In this document: positions 8,932 through 17,776 of the stretch, piece after piece
How the letters are laid out: each line of letters opens with the position of its first letter
Numbering within the stretch: position 1 is the stretch's first letter
Origin: Candidatus Rifleibacterium sp.
GTDB lineage: Bacteria; Muiribacteriota; Ozemobacteria; Ozemobacterales; Ozemobacteraceae
DNA: 64,000 nt
Reading direction: 5' to 3'
Assembly (NCBI GenBank): GCA_035352635.1
Contig: DAOPYA010000003.1
Span: forward strand, 21,506 to 85,505
Notes under the pieces: model-generated
The model's input: the letters and a program-made list of their open reading frames with translations, nothing else
What the model was told of the DNA's origin: nothing
Database searches by the model: none
Translations under genes and position numbers: made by a program

Positions 8932-10073
8932 ACAGAGCATTTGACGCAGTAATCATTGGGGGCGGCATTCTGGGCGTTTCGACTGCTTATGAACTGGCAC
9001 GCGCCGGTATGACAAAGATCTGCGTTCTTGAAAGAAAATATCTGGCCAGCGGGTCAAGTGGTCGCTGTGGTGGCGGTTTCAGGCAGCAGTGGAGCACTGA
9101 AGCCAACACTACTCTTGCCATGGCCGCAGTAACGCGTCTTGAAGGTCTTGAAGAAGAGCTTGGCTACCGCACTGAATTCTATCAGGGCGGATACCTGATT
9201 CTCGCGCACACCGAAGAAGAAGAGCGGCAGTTTGAGAAAAATGTTGCCATGCAGCGCCGTCTAGGCCTGGAAGTTGACGTGGTCGATCCTGACGAAGCTC
9301 GCAAGATTGTTCCCTTTCTCAATACCGAACTAATTCGCAAGGCCACCTGGTGCCCGAAAGACGGTCATATTAACCCATTTCTGCTGACTCAGGGCTATGC
9401 CAACGCGGCGAAGCGCCTGGGCGCTGAAATACACCTCTGGACCAACGTCACCGGCATCATGAAAAAGAGCAATATCTTCTTCGTGATGACCGAAAATGGC
9501 AACACCTACCAGACTCCGCTGCTGTTCAATTGCGCCGGCGGGTTTTCCCGGGGGATCGGCGAAATGCTGAATGTCGATATTCCGGTTGACCCTTATCGTC
9601 ACGAGATTCTGGTCACCGAACCGGTTGAGCGACTCTGGGACCCGATGGTCATCAGTTTCAGTGTTGGTCTCTACGCGCGCCAGGAAATGAGCGGCGGGGT
9701 GGTCATGGGGATGGGCGACCCGAATGAACCCGTTGGCACCCAGGTTGGCAGTTCAATGCACTTCATGTATGAAATGAGCCGGCGGTTCACCCAGTTGTTT
9801 CCGAAGCTTGATAAAATGCGCATTGTCAGGCAATGGGCGGGGCTGTATGAAATGACAGCAGATGCCCAGCCGATTCTCGGGCCAGTCGCTGATGTTGACA
9901 ACTTTATTCAGGCCAGTGGCTTTTCTGGGCATGGTCTGATGCTTGCGCCTGCTGTCAGCCAACTGCTGGCAGGCATGGTAGTCAGAAAAGAAAAAAGCGA
10001 AGTGATTGACAGCCTGAACGTTAAACGCCTCTACAACCTGAAAGACGTTACCCGCGAAAAATCAGTTGTTTGA
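8928..10073 (+). CDS. FAD-dependent oxidoreductase, DAO family, beta-like subunit (sarcosine oxidase beta / proline dehydrogenase beta / HcnC-like)
   Basis: FDAVIIGGGILGVSTAYELARAG...ERKYLASGSSGRCGGGF...HGLMLAPA. Confidence 0.8.
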   Translation: MNRAFDAVIIGGGILGVSTAYELARAGMTKICVLERKYLASGSSGRCGGGFRQQWSTEANTTLAMAAVTRLEGLEEELGYRTEFYQGGYLILAHTEEEERQFEKNVAMQRRLGLEVDVVDPDEARKIVPFLNTELIRKATWCPKDGHINPFLLTQGYANAAKRLGAEIHLWTNVTGIMKKSNIFFVMTENGNTYQTPLLFNCAGGFSRGIGEMLNVDIPVDPYRHEILVTEPVERLWDPMVISFSVGLYARQEMSGGVVMGMGDPNEPVGTQVGSSMHFMYEMSRRFTQLFPKLDKMRIVRQWAGLYEMTADAQPILGPVADVDNFIQASGFSGHGLMLAPAVSQLLAGMVVRKEKSEVIDSLNVKRLYNLKDVTREKSVV

Positions 10074-10086
10074 CGCCCTGAAATAG

Positions 10087-11805
10087 ATGCTGTCGATGGA
10101 ATATTTATCGAACAGGAAGTTTTGCCGCATGCTAATGACACGAACAGATTGTAAAATAAGAGTTACAGGTCTTCTGTTGCTTGCCGGCCTGATTTTATTC
10201 TGCTCTGATGCATTTGCATCGCGGCAGCGCATGGAACTGGCCGAACCCGATCATTCATCGACGCTTACCGGAGTGCTGGTTGTTGCCCCACTCTTCGAAA
10301 AAACCGGAAACGGCTGGGATCCCTACAAACGGGAGTCACAGGATCCGATTGTCGAGTTGTTCGGCGGTGACGGCAAGATGCTTTCTTATGCCCGCAGCGC
10401 TTTTGCCGAAGGCAAAGACCCTGATTATCTGGTCAAATTCAGACAGGTTGCCGGCAAATATCTGCAGGGCAGCAAAACCATAGAAGATGCCCTGAAAGCC
10501 CGTCAGAAAGCCCGCTGGATAATAAATCGCGAACTCACAAGTGACCCGGGCAGGTCTGAAAAGGCGGCCAAGCCTGATGCCAAGGCCGTTCTTCAGCAGT
10601 GGGTCGAGGAACCGCTGGCTCTGTTGCCGAGAACTCCTATACCCGGCCTTGAATCGACCGGCCCGCATGCAGTACCTCACCCGCTGGCCGTTTACAACGA
10701 TAGAAACGAGTGTGTCGCTTTTGACTCGTTCTTTATCGTAATTGCTGATTCAGAAAGGCACTCGGCTCAGGAAGTGCCCTTCAATGTTGCCAGATCCGTA
10801 GAGAATGACACGCTCGATCTGGTTGTCTGTCATGAAATGGCGCATGGCATCATGTTCGATGCCTATGGCCGGCCGCATAACACCAAGGTTGGCCGTGGCC
10901 CAAGCATTCACGGTCACACGGCCAATCTGATCACCGACCGCGAAAAAGCCTGGCTTGAAGGCTGGGCCGAAGCTTTTGAGGCTTTTTACGGACGCAACCG
11001 CAAGATTACCCGACTCGGCGAATCACATTATGGCATTGCCTCGTTTCTCATTGACCGTCAGGATTCAGTGCGCCGCGACCGCTGGCTATGGCTGACCGGA
11101 AAAGCGAATAAGGCCGCGCAGATGAAAAATGCCGCGCAGATGATGGCCAGCGAAGGCGTTATCGCCGGACTGTTTTTCGATATTCTCTCGAACCGGGCTC
11201 TGGTTTCGCCTTTTGAAAAATCGATCACCGTTATGGTCAGGCGCAACCCCAAAGATTTTGCAGCATTCGTCAATGCCTGGCTGGAACTCTTTCCCGGCGA
11301 CCGCCGCACTATACTGCGTATTGTGCTTGAACATACCAGGTATGCTACTTTCGATCCTTCGGTAACTGCTCTTTACCAGGAATTTTACCGCGTGCGCCGT
11401 GCCCTGCAGACACGCGAAGGCAGCAATAGCGAAGCTCTGGTTGCCGAAAAGGCATATTTAAAAGCCAAAGAAGAAGCTTTCGCCAAGGCTCTTGCCGGCG
11501 CCGACCCCTTTTCCGCGCTCCCCCCCCAACTCTGGATCGGCATCGAAAATCTTACCCGAAAAGACGGCAGGGTAACCCGCATGGCCAGATTGAACATCGA
11601 TCTAAACAGTGTCGATGCATTTCTGCTCGAATACTCAGGCTTGTTTGAAAAACCTCAAATCGCAGAATTTCTGGCAACTCGCGATAAACAGGGATTTTTT
11701 CGCGGCAACCCCATCGAAGTGTTGCGCAGCTTTTTCGGCGCTGAGCGCTGGAAAAACCTGCCCGACGAGGGCGTTAAATTTTACCCCGAACTTCTCCTGC
11801 CTTAG
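10087..11805 (+). CDS. secreted zincin-like putative metallopeptidase (HExxH...EGWAEAFE) with C-terminal ComEA-type helix-hairpin-helix domain; paralog 1
   Basis: Signal peptide LLLLAGLILFCSDAFA; an alternative start at the internal Met 10129 is possible. Motifs are NDTLDLVVCHEMAHGIMFD and EGWAEAFEAFYG. The C-terminus NIDLNSVDAFLLEYSGL...ATRDKQGFFRGNPIE resembles ComEA HhH. It shares long colinear identity with the next gene. Confidence 0.6.
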   Translation: MLSMEYLSNRKFCRMLMTRTDCKIRVTGLLLLAGLILFCSDAFASRQRMELAEPDHSSTLTGVLVVAPLFEKTGNGWDPYKRESQDPIVELFGGDGKMLSYARSAFAEGKDPDYLVKFRQVAGKYLQGSKTIEDALKARQKARWIINRELTSDPGRSEKAAKPDAKAVLQQWVEEPLALLPRTPIPGLESTGPHAVPHPLAVYNDRNECVAFDSFFIVIADSERHSAQEVPFNVARSVENDTLDLVVCHEMAHGIMFDAYGRPHNTKVGRGPSIHGHTANLITDREKAWLEGWAEAFEAFYGRNRKITRLGESHYGIASFLIDRQDSVRRDRWLWLTGKANKAAQMKNAAQMMASEGVIAGLFFDILSNRALVSPFEKSITVMVRRNPKDFAAFVNAWLELFPGDRRTILRIVLEHTRYATFDPSVTALYQEFYRVRRALQTREGSNSEALVAEKAYLKAKEEAFAKALAGADPFSALPPQLWIGIENLTRKDGRVTRMARLNIDLNSVDAFLLEYSGLFEKPQIAEFLATRDKQGFFRGNPIEVLRSFFGAERWKNLPDEGVKFYPELLLP

Positions 11806-11959
11806 CTGGGAAGTAATTACCGATGGGCGCCATGGTTCAAAAAATCTAAACCCGTTCCCCGAAAAATAGCGACGCTATTTTTCGGGCGACGGGGTACCAT
11901 TGACGGTTTCTAATTTTATCAGTAAAATACTAAGATAATCTCATCAGGAGGGCCAGACA

Positions 11960-13735
11960 GTGAAATTTCGCCTTAAAAATGCCTTTGCAGTGCTTCTCAC
12001 CGCCGGAACCATCTATTCAGGAGCAGCTTTCGGCAGAGCGCCGGTTACCAATCTCTCGGGTGACCCTAGCCCGGTTGATGGTTCAATGGTAATCATGCAG
12101 CCAATCACCGTTGGCAAAGGTAACATCGTTGGTGGGCTTATTGGCAAGACCCTCAATATTCCGAAGCAGGTTAAAATCGATGACGCCGGTTATCTGGTTT
12201 TCGCTCTTGCAGCTGATGCCATTCAGGTTAGCCCGGCTGACCCGAAAGGCTACCATGTGGTAACCGCCCTTCCATACCTTACGGGCAGCAAAGAAATGCA
12301 GGATTCTCTCAAACTGAGAAGAACCGCACGCCAGATTCGCTTTCAGGCCCTGAAAGATGCGATCAGCAAAACTGACGCCCTGAATGCCGAACAAAAGAAG
12401 AGTGTTCTGAATTTTCTGTCGCAGTCGGTCGGCACACCCATGGTTGTTTTGTCAAAATCGCCGTTGCCGTCATTCATGCCGTCACCGGGGCCATGCATGA
12501 TTCCGCTTGGCGCCGAAATGGTCGAAAACAAGACTGGCAAGCGCCTTGGCCTTGAAACTTCAATGATCTGTGTTCTCGATATCGAATCAGAAGGCAAAAA
12601 GATTTTCTCGGTCGATGACGCCCTGAAGAACGATACTCTCGACCTGGTGGTTGCCCACGAAAACGGCCATGCCATCATGTTCGACCTCTATGGCAAACTT
12701 TTTCAAAAGATTCAGCGCACTTCTTCGAATGGTCACGATGCCCCGATCATCACTGACGTGGGTCTTGCCTATGTAGAAGGTTGGGCAGAAGCATTCGAAG
12801 CCGTTTATGGGCCTGCAAACCCCAAACTGGCCGAAAAAGACCGCACCAAATACAATATCTCTGAATTCCTTTACAGCCGCCAGGATCCGATCCGCCGCGA
12901 CCGCTATGTCTGGGCCAGCAATACCGGCAAAAAAACCGGCGTAATCAAGAATGGCCTGCAGCTGATGTCAACCGAAGGCGTTCTGGCCGGTTTCTTCTAC
13001 GATATTCTTACCAGCCGCGCCATTAATGCCCCATACGAAAAATGCGTGCAGACGATGCTGACCTCGCCAATGAACTTCATGGAATTCGTCGAAAACTATG
13101 TGAAGCTTTTTCCTGAAGATAAAAAAGTCGTCTACCGCATCATGCTCGAAAATTCTCACTACGTTACCATGCACGAAAATGCCGCCGAAAGTTACAAGAA
13201 TTTCTATGAATTCAAGGTAGCCTACACCCAGAAGAAAATTGACAAAGCCGACTACGACAAGGCCAAAACTCAGTATAAAGCCTATACCGAAGGTCTGTTC
13301 GCCGAAGCCATGAAAACTGACAAGGTTTTTGCCAATGTCGGGCCGCAGATGTGGTTCGCCGGCAAGATCAACCTGACCCAGCTCAAAAAAGAAGCCAGCG
13401 CCGTTAAGAAGTATTTCGCCGCCGCCTTCGGCAAAAAAGACGAATATTACGAATTCAGGCTCGACCTGAATACCGCCACCGCCGACATGTTCAGAATGAT
13501 CGGTTTTGCCGAAGCCGATGCCGCCAAACTGGTTACCGCACGCGACGAAAAAGGCTTCTTCACAGGCAATCCGGTCAGCATCATCAAGCAGACTGTCGGT
13601 GATGAGCGCTTTGCCAAATACAATGCCGTTCTCAATCTGGCTCCTTATGACCACCAGAAAGCCGACGTCATTGCCCAGTATAAAGAACAATCTCTGGCCA
13701 TGTGGCCCGAAGATATTGCCAAACTCGGCAAGTAA
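11960..13735 (+). CDS. secreted zincin-like putative metallopeptidase with C-terminal ComEA-type HhH domain; paralog 2
   Basis: GTG start with an AGGAGG RBS. Signal peptide, NDTLDLVVAHENGHAIMFD, EGWAEAFEAVYG, and C-terminal LDLNTATADMFRMIGFAEADAAKLVTARDEKGFFTGNPV. Confidence 0.6.
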   Translation: MKFRLKNAFAVLLTAGTIYSGAAFGRAPVTNLSGDPSPVDGSMVIMQPITVGKGNIVGGLIGKTLNIPKQVKIDDAGYLVFALAADAIQVSPADPKGYHVVTALPYLTGSKEMQDSLKLRRTARQIRFQALKDAISKTDALNAEQKKSVLNFLSQSVGTPMVVLSKSPLPSFMPSPGPCMIPLGAEMVENKTGKRLGLETSMICVLDIESEGKKIFSVDDALKNDTLDLVVAHENGHAIMFDLYGKLFQKIQRTSSNGHDAPIITDVGLAYVEGWAEAFEAVYGPANPKLAEKDRTKYNISEFLYSRQDPIRRDRYVWASNTGKKTGVIKNGLQLMSTEGVLAGFFYDILTSRAINAPYEKCVQTMLTSPMNFMEFVENYVKLFPEDKKVVYRIMLENSHYVTMHENAAESYKNFYEFKVAYTQKKIDKADYDKAKTQYKAYTEGLFAEAMKTDKVFANVGPQMWFAGKINLTQLKKEASAVKKYFAAAFGKKDEYYEFRLDLNTATADMFRMIGFAEADAAKLVTARDEKGFFTGNPVSIIKQTVGDERFAKYNAVLNLAPYDHQKADVIAQYKEQSLAMWPEDIAKLGK

Positions 13736-13755
13736 TCGCTGCAAGTCACTCACTA

Positions 13756-13789
13756 CCGGCCGCTCCATCAGGGGCGGCCGGTTTTATTT
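13756..13789 (+). terminator. rho-independent terminator after paralog 2
   Basis: CCGGCCGC-loop-GCGGCCGG stem followed by TTTTATTT. Confidence 0.55.
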
Positions 13790-13823
13790 GCAGCCCTTTC
13801 GGGCAGCGGTTATAATCTGAAAC

Positions 13824-14966
13824 ATGCGCATATTAATCAATGCGGTCTCAGCGAGGGCCGGCGGCGGGGTTTCTTACCTGATCAACCTGCTGCAGTTTTT
13901 GCCGCGTCTCTGCCCCGACGACCAGTTTTTAGCCGTATTACCCACCATCAAACTGCCGGTGCAGATTGCCCCGCACCCGAATCTTGAAATTCAAACAATC
14001 CCCGAGGCTTCGGGCAATGTTTTTCTGCGTTTTTTATGGGAAAACACTGACCTTATCGACTTATGCCACAGCTGGAAAGCCGACCTGCTGTTCTGCGTAG
14101 CCAATTTCATGCCATTGCGCAACCCCGGGGTTCCGGTGGCGGTGATGGTGCAGAATGTCGCCCCTTTAACCGCGAGGGTTCTTGATCTGATGCGCACATA
14201 TGAGTCGGCGGCGGGCTATGCCCGGATGCTGCTGGCTCAGAAGCTCACCCTCTACTCGGCCCGCCATGCCAGCCAGGTCATCGCCCTGTCACAATCTGCG
14301 GCCGAGCTGATCAAGGAATGGGTGCCCGAAAGCAACCCGGAGTATCTGTATCACGGGATCTCTGAAATTTTCAACCCTTCGGCCCCGAGGCCCGGCGCTG
14401 CCGGCACCGCACCTTACCTGCTTTATGTTTCAAATCTCTATGTGTATAAAGGGCTTGAATATCTGGTGCGGGCAATGGCAGCCAACCCTGACCTGCCGGG
14501 CATATTCATCGCGGGCAAGGTTTATGACCCGGGGTTTCATAAGATGATCGTCAGGCAGATTGCGGCCAGCAAGCTTGAGAATCGCATCATTTTTCTCGAT
14601 GCGGTCGCCTATCATGAACTTCCCGGCTGGTATGCACATGCCGCTGCCATGGTTTACACTTCATGGTGTGAGAACTGCCCAAATATTCTGCTTGAAGCGA
14701 TGGCCTGCGGCTGCCCGGTCGTTGTCATGCGCACCGGGCCGATGCCTGAAATATGCGGGCCGGCGGCTTTTTATGCCGAACCTTTTGACGCGGGTTCTCT
14801 GGCAGCAGCGATAAGGTCAGCACTCGCTGCCGACCGCGAGCAATGCGGCGGCGAACTCGCCAGAAGAGCCGCGACCTTCACCTGGGAAAACTCAATGCAA
14901 CAGCACGCCCGCATCTTTTCGGCAATGAGCAAACCGGGCAGAAGCATAGAGCCGTCTGCCCGGTAA
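13824..14966 (+). CDS. glycosyltransferase family 4 (GT1 fold)
   Basis: C-terminal Glycos_transf_1 signature: YLLYVS...GLEYLVRAM...LLEAMACGCPVV. Confidence 0.75.
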   Translation: MRILINAVSARAGGGVSYLINLLQFLPRLCPDDQFLAVLPTIKLPVQIAPHPNLEIQTIPEASGNVFLRFLWENTDLIDLCHSWKADLLFCVANFMPLRNPGVPVAVMVQNVAPLTARVLDLMRTYESAAGYARMLLAQKLTLYSARHASQVIALSQSAAELIKEWVPESNPEYLYHGISEIFNPSAPRPGAAGTAPYLLYVSNLYVYKGLEYLVRAMAANPDLPGIFIAGKVYDPGFHKMIVRQIAASKLENRIIFLDAVAYHELPGWYAHAAAMVYTSWCENCPNILLEAMACGCPVVVMRTGPMPEICGPAAFYAEPFDAGSLAAAIRSALAADREQCGGELARRAATFTWENSMQQHARIFSAMSKPGRSIEPSAR

Positions 14967-15170
14967 AAGCTTGCTATTTCGATCAGCGTTGTCTCTGCCA
15001 GCCTGTTTCCCACCAGGTGCGTGAATTAGCACGGCACAGGGGAAGCTGGTTTTCATGGTTGCCAGCTGGCGCGAGGGCGAGTGAGCCATGACTGGCGGCT
15101 ACCGATGAGTGGGATGCAGCGTTCTGCCGCCTGCTGAGGTAGAATTCAGAAAATAGTGAATATCTTAACA

Positions 15171-15452
15171 TCACCTGCTCCTGTCTACAAAGCCTGGCCA
15201 TGGGCCGGGGCGGTTGCTGCGGCAGAGTTCTTCGAGTTCGATCTCTAGTTCGCGCAGTTTTCGATCAATAACGTTTAAGCGATCGATTTCTTCACGACAC
15301 TTTTCTGAAATTTCGCTTTCAACGATCTTTTCTTCGCGTTTAAGTGCTTCGATAGAATTTTGTATGAGCTTCAACCGCAGCTTTTCTTCATTATTGAGCT
15401 GCAGATCGCCTTCTGGTTCACGGGTTTTGAACAACGGGACAAGTACACCCAT
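15171..15452 (-). CDS. small coiled-coil hypothetical protein
   Basis: 93-aa ORF rich in heptad-like E/K/L repeats. Weak support only. Confidence 0.3.
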   Translation of the reverse strand: MGVLVPLFKTREPEGDLQLNNEEKLRLKLIQNSIEALKREEKIVESEISEKCREEIDRLNVIDRKLRELEIELEELCRSNRPGPWPGFVDRSR

Positions 15453-15605
15453 GTATAACCCTCCGTCTGAATATGATTAGCCGCCGACTTATTACAACGA
15501 CCACTAATTTATCGACCGGTGCCGCTATTTTAATTAGCATTTGCTGCTTGCCTTGACCGGGTGTTTAGGTTAGATTTTCAGCAAATGCAATTAAAGGAAG
15601 CAAAC

Positions 15606-16700
15606 ATGACCTCAAACAATCGCCATTTTCGCGGCATCTTGCTGCTTTTTCTCATCACATTTTCAGCTGCAATTTTCGCTCAGAACCCGGTGCAGCCCCG
15701 CAATATTATTTTTATGATCGGCGATGGCATGGGAATCGCCCACATAACCGCAACCCGCATCGAACGAGGGCCACTGCAACTTGAGCGCTTCAAGGTTCTG
15801 GGCATGAGCATGACCCATTCTGCCGACAATTATGTGACCGATTCAGCGGCGGCCGGCACTGCTCTATCGACTGGGAGCAAAACCAACAACGACATGGTCG
15901 GGCAGACTCCTGACGGCCGACCCCTGAAAAACCTCATGGAATACGCCCGCGAAGCTGGCAAAGCAACGGGAATCGCAGTAACCAGCATTCTGCCGCATGC
16001 GACTCCGGCCGCTTTTTCAGCCCATCACCAGGCGCGCTACCATTACGATATAATTTCTGAACAGCAGATTAACTCAGGTCTTGATGTAATGATCGGCGGG
16101 GGGCTATGCAACTATTACCCCAAATCGGTAACGGGAAGCCGGCGCAAAGACGATAAACACCTGCTCAACGAACTGCGCAAAAAAATGCCGGTTATTCTTA
16201 GTATTGAAACCTTACGAAAGATTAAAGCACCGCCGCAACTGGCAGCCATTCTGGCGATGGGTCATCTGCCCCCGGCCGGCAAGCGCAATTACTCGCTCGG
16301 CGAACTGACTGATAAAGCTGTCGAAGCTCTCAGCCGCGACCCTGAAGGTTTCGTACTCATGGTAGAAGGCTCGCAGATCGATCTGGCCGCCCACGATAAA
16401 GACATGCCGCGCATTATTTCAGAGGTCGCCGATTTTGATACTGCCATAAAAGCCGCCCTGGATTTTGCAGAAAAAGACGGAAACACGCTGGTTGTGGTGA
16501 CCGCCGACCACGAAACCGGCGGCATCACCTTGCCGATGAACACCATTGAAAACGGCAAAATCAGCAAACCCACTTTTTCGAGCGACAACCATACGGCGGC
16601 TATGGTGCCAGTTTTTGCGTTCGGGCCAGGTGCCGAAAACTTTGCCGGCATTCAGAATATCGAAGCAGTTGGCAAAAAGCTGATCGAGCTGGTCAGGTAA
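15606..16700 (+). CDS. phoA: alkaline phosphatase (PhoA family), secreted
   Basis: Signal peptide, IIFMIGDGMGIAH and the active-site motif VTDSAAAGTALSTGSKTNN. Start chosen at ATG 15606, which follows an AAAGGAAG RBS; the track ORF begins at 15561. Confidence 0.8.
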   Translation: MTSNNRHFRGILLLFLITFSAAIFAQNPVQPRNIIFMIGDGMGIAHITATRIERGPLQLERFKVLGMSMTHSADNYVTDSAAAGTALSTGSKTNNDMVGQTPDGRPLKNLMEYAREAGKATGIAVTSILPHATPAAFSAHHQARYHYDIISEQQINSGLDVMIGGGLCNYYPKSVTGSRRKDDKHLLNELRKKMPVILSIETLRKIKAPPQLAAILAMGHLPPAGKRNYSLGELTDKAVEALSRDPEGFVLMVEGSQIDLAAHDKDMPRIISEVADFDTAIKAALDFAEKDGNTLVVVTADHETGGITLPMNTIENGKISKPTFSSDNHTAAMVPVFAFGPGAENFAGIQNIEAVGKKLIELVR

Positions 16701-16702
16701 GT

Positions 16703-16864
16703 ATGCTTAAAGCAACAGGTCGGGCCGGTCAGGTTCAGGTTTCAACCATAATCACGCTTTTGCTGGCGTTGATTCTGATATTCATCGGCTTCAGCAACGG
16801 CGAACATCGCAGCTATTTTCAGAAAGCGGTCATGATATGCACTCAATGCATCGGCCTGGGCTAA
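16703..16864 (+). CDS. possible small membrane protein (53 aa, below the ORF-track cutoff)
   Basis: Translated by hand: MLKATGRAGQVQVSTIITLLLALILIFIGFSNGEHRSYFQKAVMICTQCIGLG, with one clear TM helix. It starts 3 nt after the phoA stop and overlaps the start of the next gene. Confidence 0.25.
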   Translation: MLKATGRAGQVQVSTIITLLLALILIFIGFSNGEHRSYFQKAVMICTQCIGLG

Positions 16865-17763
16865 AAATCAGATTCTGGTCGCAGATTGCGGCAACCATCA
16901 GCAGCAATGCCTATCTGATCGGTTTTAAAACCGGAAATATTTACACCGGGGTGTTGAAGCATGGCTGTGTTCCGACACTCAACTGCTACAGTTGCCCGGC
17001 AGCGCTTTTTGCCTGCCCGATCGGTGCCATGCAGGTCACAGTAGCCGGTGCCGGCGGGCTTGATCTGACAGCGTTGCCCACAATAGGGGCGCGTCTAACC
17101 GCAATTTCGACCTCTCTGCCACTTCTGGTTATTGGTTTTCTAGCCCTGATCGGCAGCATTGTGGGTCGAGCTGCATGTGGCTGGGCATGCCCATTCGGCT
17201 GGTTTCAGGAACTGCTGAACCGCATTCCGACGCCTAAATTCAACGGGCCAAAGGTTTTTAAATATCTCAAGTATGTGATTCTGATCGTTTTTGTTTTTTT
17301 GCTGCCAGCTTTCTGGCTCGATGAATACGACGGTGGTGAACCATCTTTCTGCAAATACATCTGCCCGGCCGGCACACTCGAAGGCGGGGTGCCTCTGGCC
17401 ATACTGCAACCGTCGCTGCGCAGCCAGCTCGGGTGGCTGTTTACCTGGAAAGCCACTCTGCTTGGCATTATACTTCTGGCGGCAGTTTTTATCAGGCGGC
17501 CCTTCTGCCGCTGGGTCTGCCCGCTCGGTGCTTTTTATGGGCCATTCAACCGGGTCAGCCTCTTCAAGATTGAGTTTAACAAAGCTGGCTGTATTGAATG
17601 TGGCGCCTGTTCGCGTGCCTGCCCGGTCAGCCTTGACGTACCACGCGAAGTCGATTCGGCAGAATGTCTTCGCTGCCTTGAATGCCGCGATGTCTGCCCG
17701 AAAAGCCTGCTCAAAATCTCAACTAGAGCATCTTCAGCATGCCCTGAGCTGAAACAGCAATAA
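16837..17763 (+). CDS. NapH/MauN/CcoG-like membrane-bound 4Fe-4S ferredoxin-type protein
   Basis: TM segments plus CPFGWFQE, CPAGTLEGG, CPLGAFYG, CIECGACSRACPV and CLRCLECRDVCP. Confidence 0.7.
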   Translation: MHSMHRPGLKIRFWSQIAATISSNAYLIGFKTGNIYTGVLKHGCVPTLNCYSCPAALFACPIGAMQVTVAGAGGLDLTALPTIGARLTAISTSLPLLVIGFLALIGSIVGRAACGWACPFGWFQELLNRIPTPKFNGPKVFKYLKYVILIVFVFLLPAFWLDEYDGGEPSFCKYICPAGTLEGGVPLAILQPSLRSQLGWLFTWKATLLGIILLAAVFIRRPFCRWVCPLGAFYGPFNRVSLFKIEFNKAGCIECGACSRACPVSLDVPREVDSAECLRCLECRDVCPKSLLKISTRASSACPELKQQ

Positions 17764-17776
17764 TAATCGCCCTGTA

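Noticed and set aside
11858-11886. Hairpin between the two paralogs, considered as a terminator
   Set aside because: The 12-bp stem is A/T-rich and no U-tract follows it on the plus strand, so it is not a convincing intrinsic terminator. It could be an attenuator or processing site and is mentioned under the paralog finding only.
12968-13768. 266-aa minus-strand ORF antisense to paralog 2
   Set aside because: It is entirely embedded antisense within a well-supported plus-strand gene. The translation is G/F-rich low complexity (GGGGIQVEPEFVIFVFFAEGGGE) typical of a shadow ORF.
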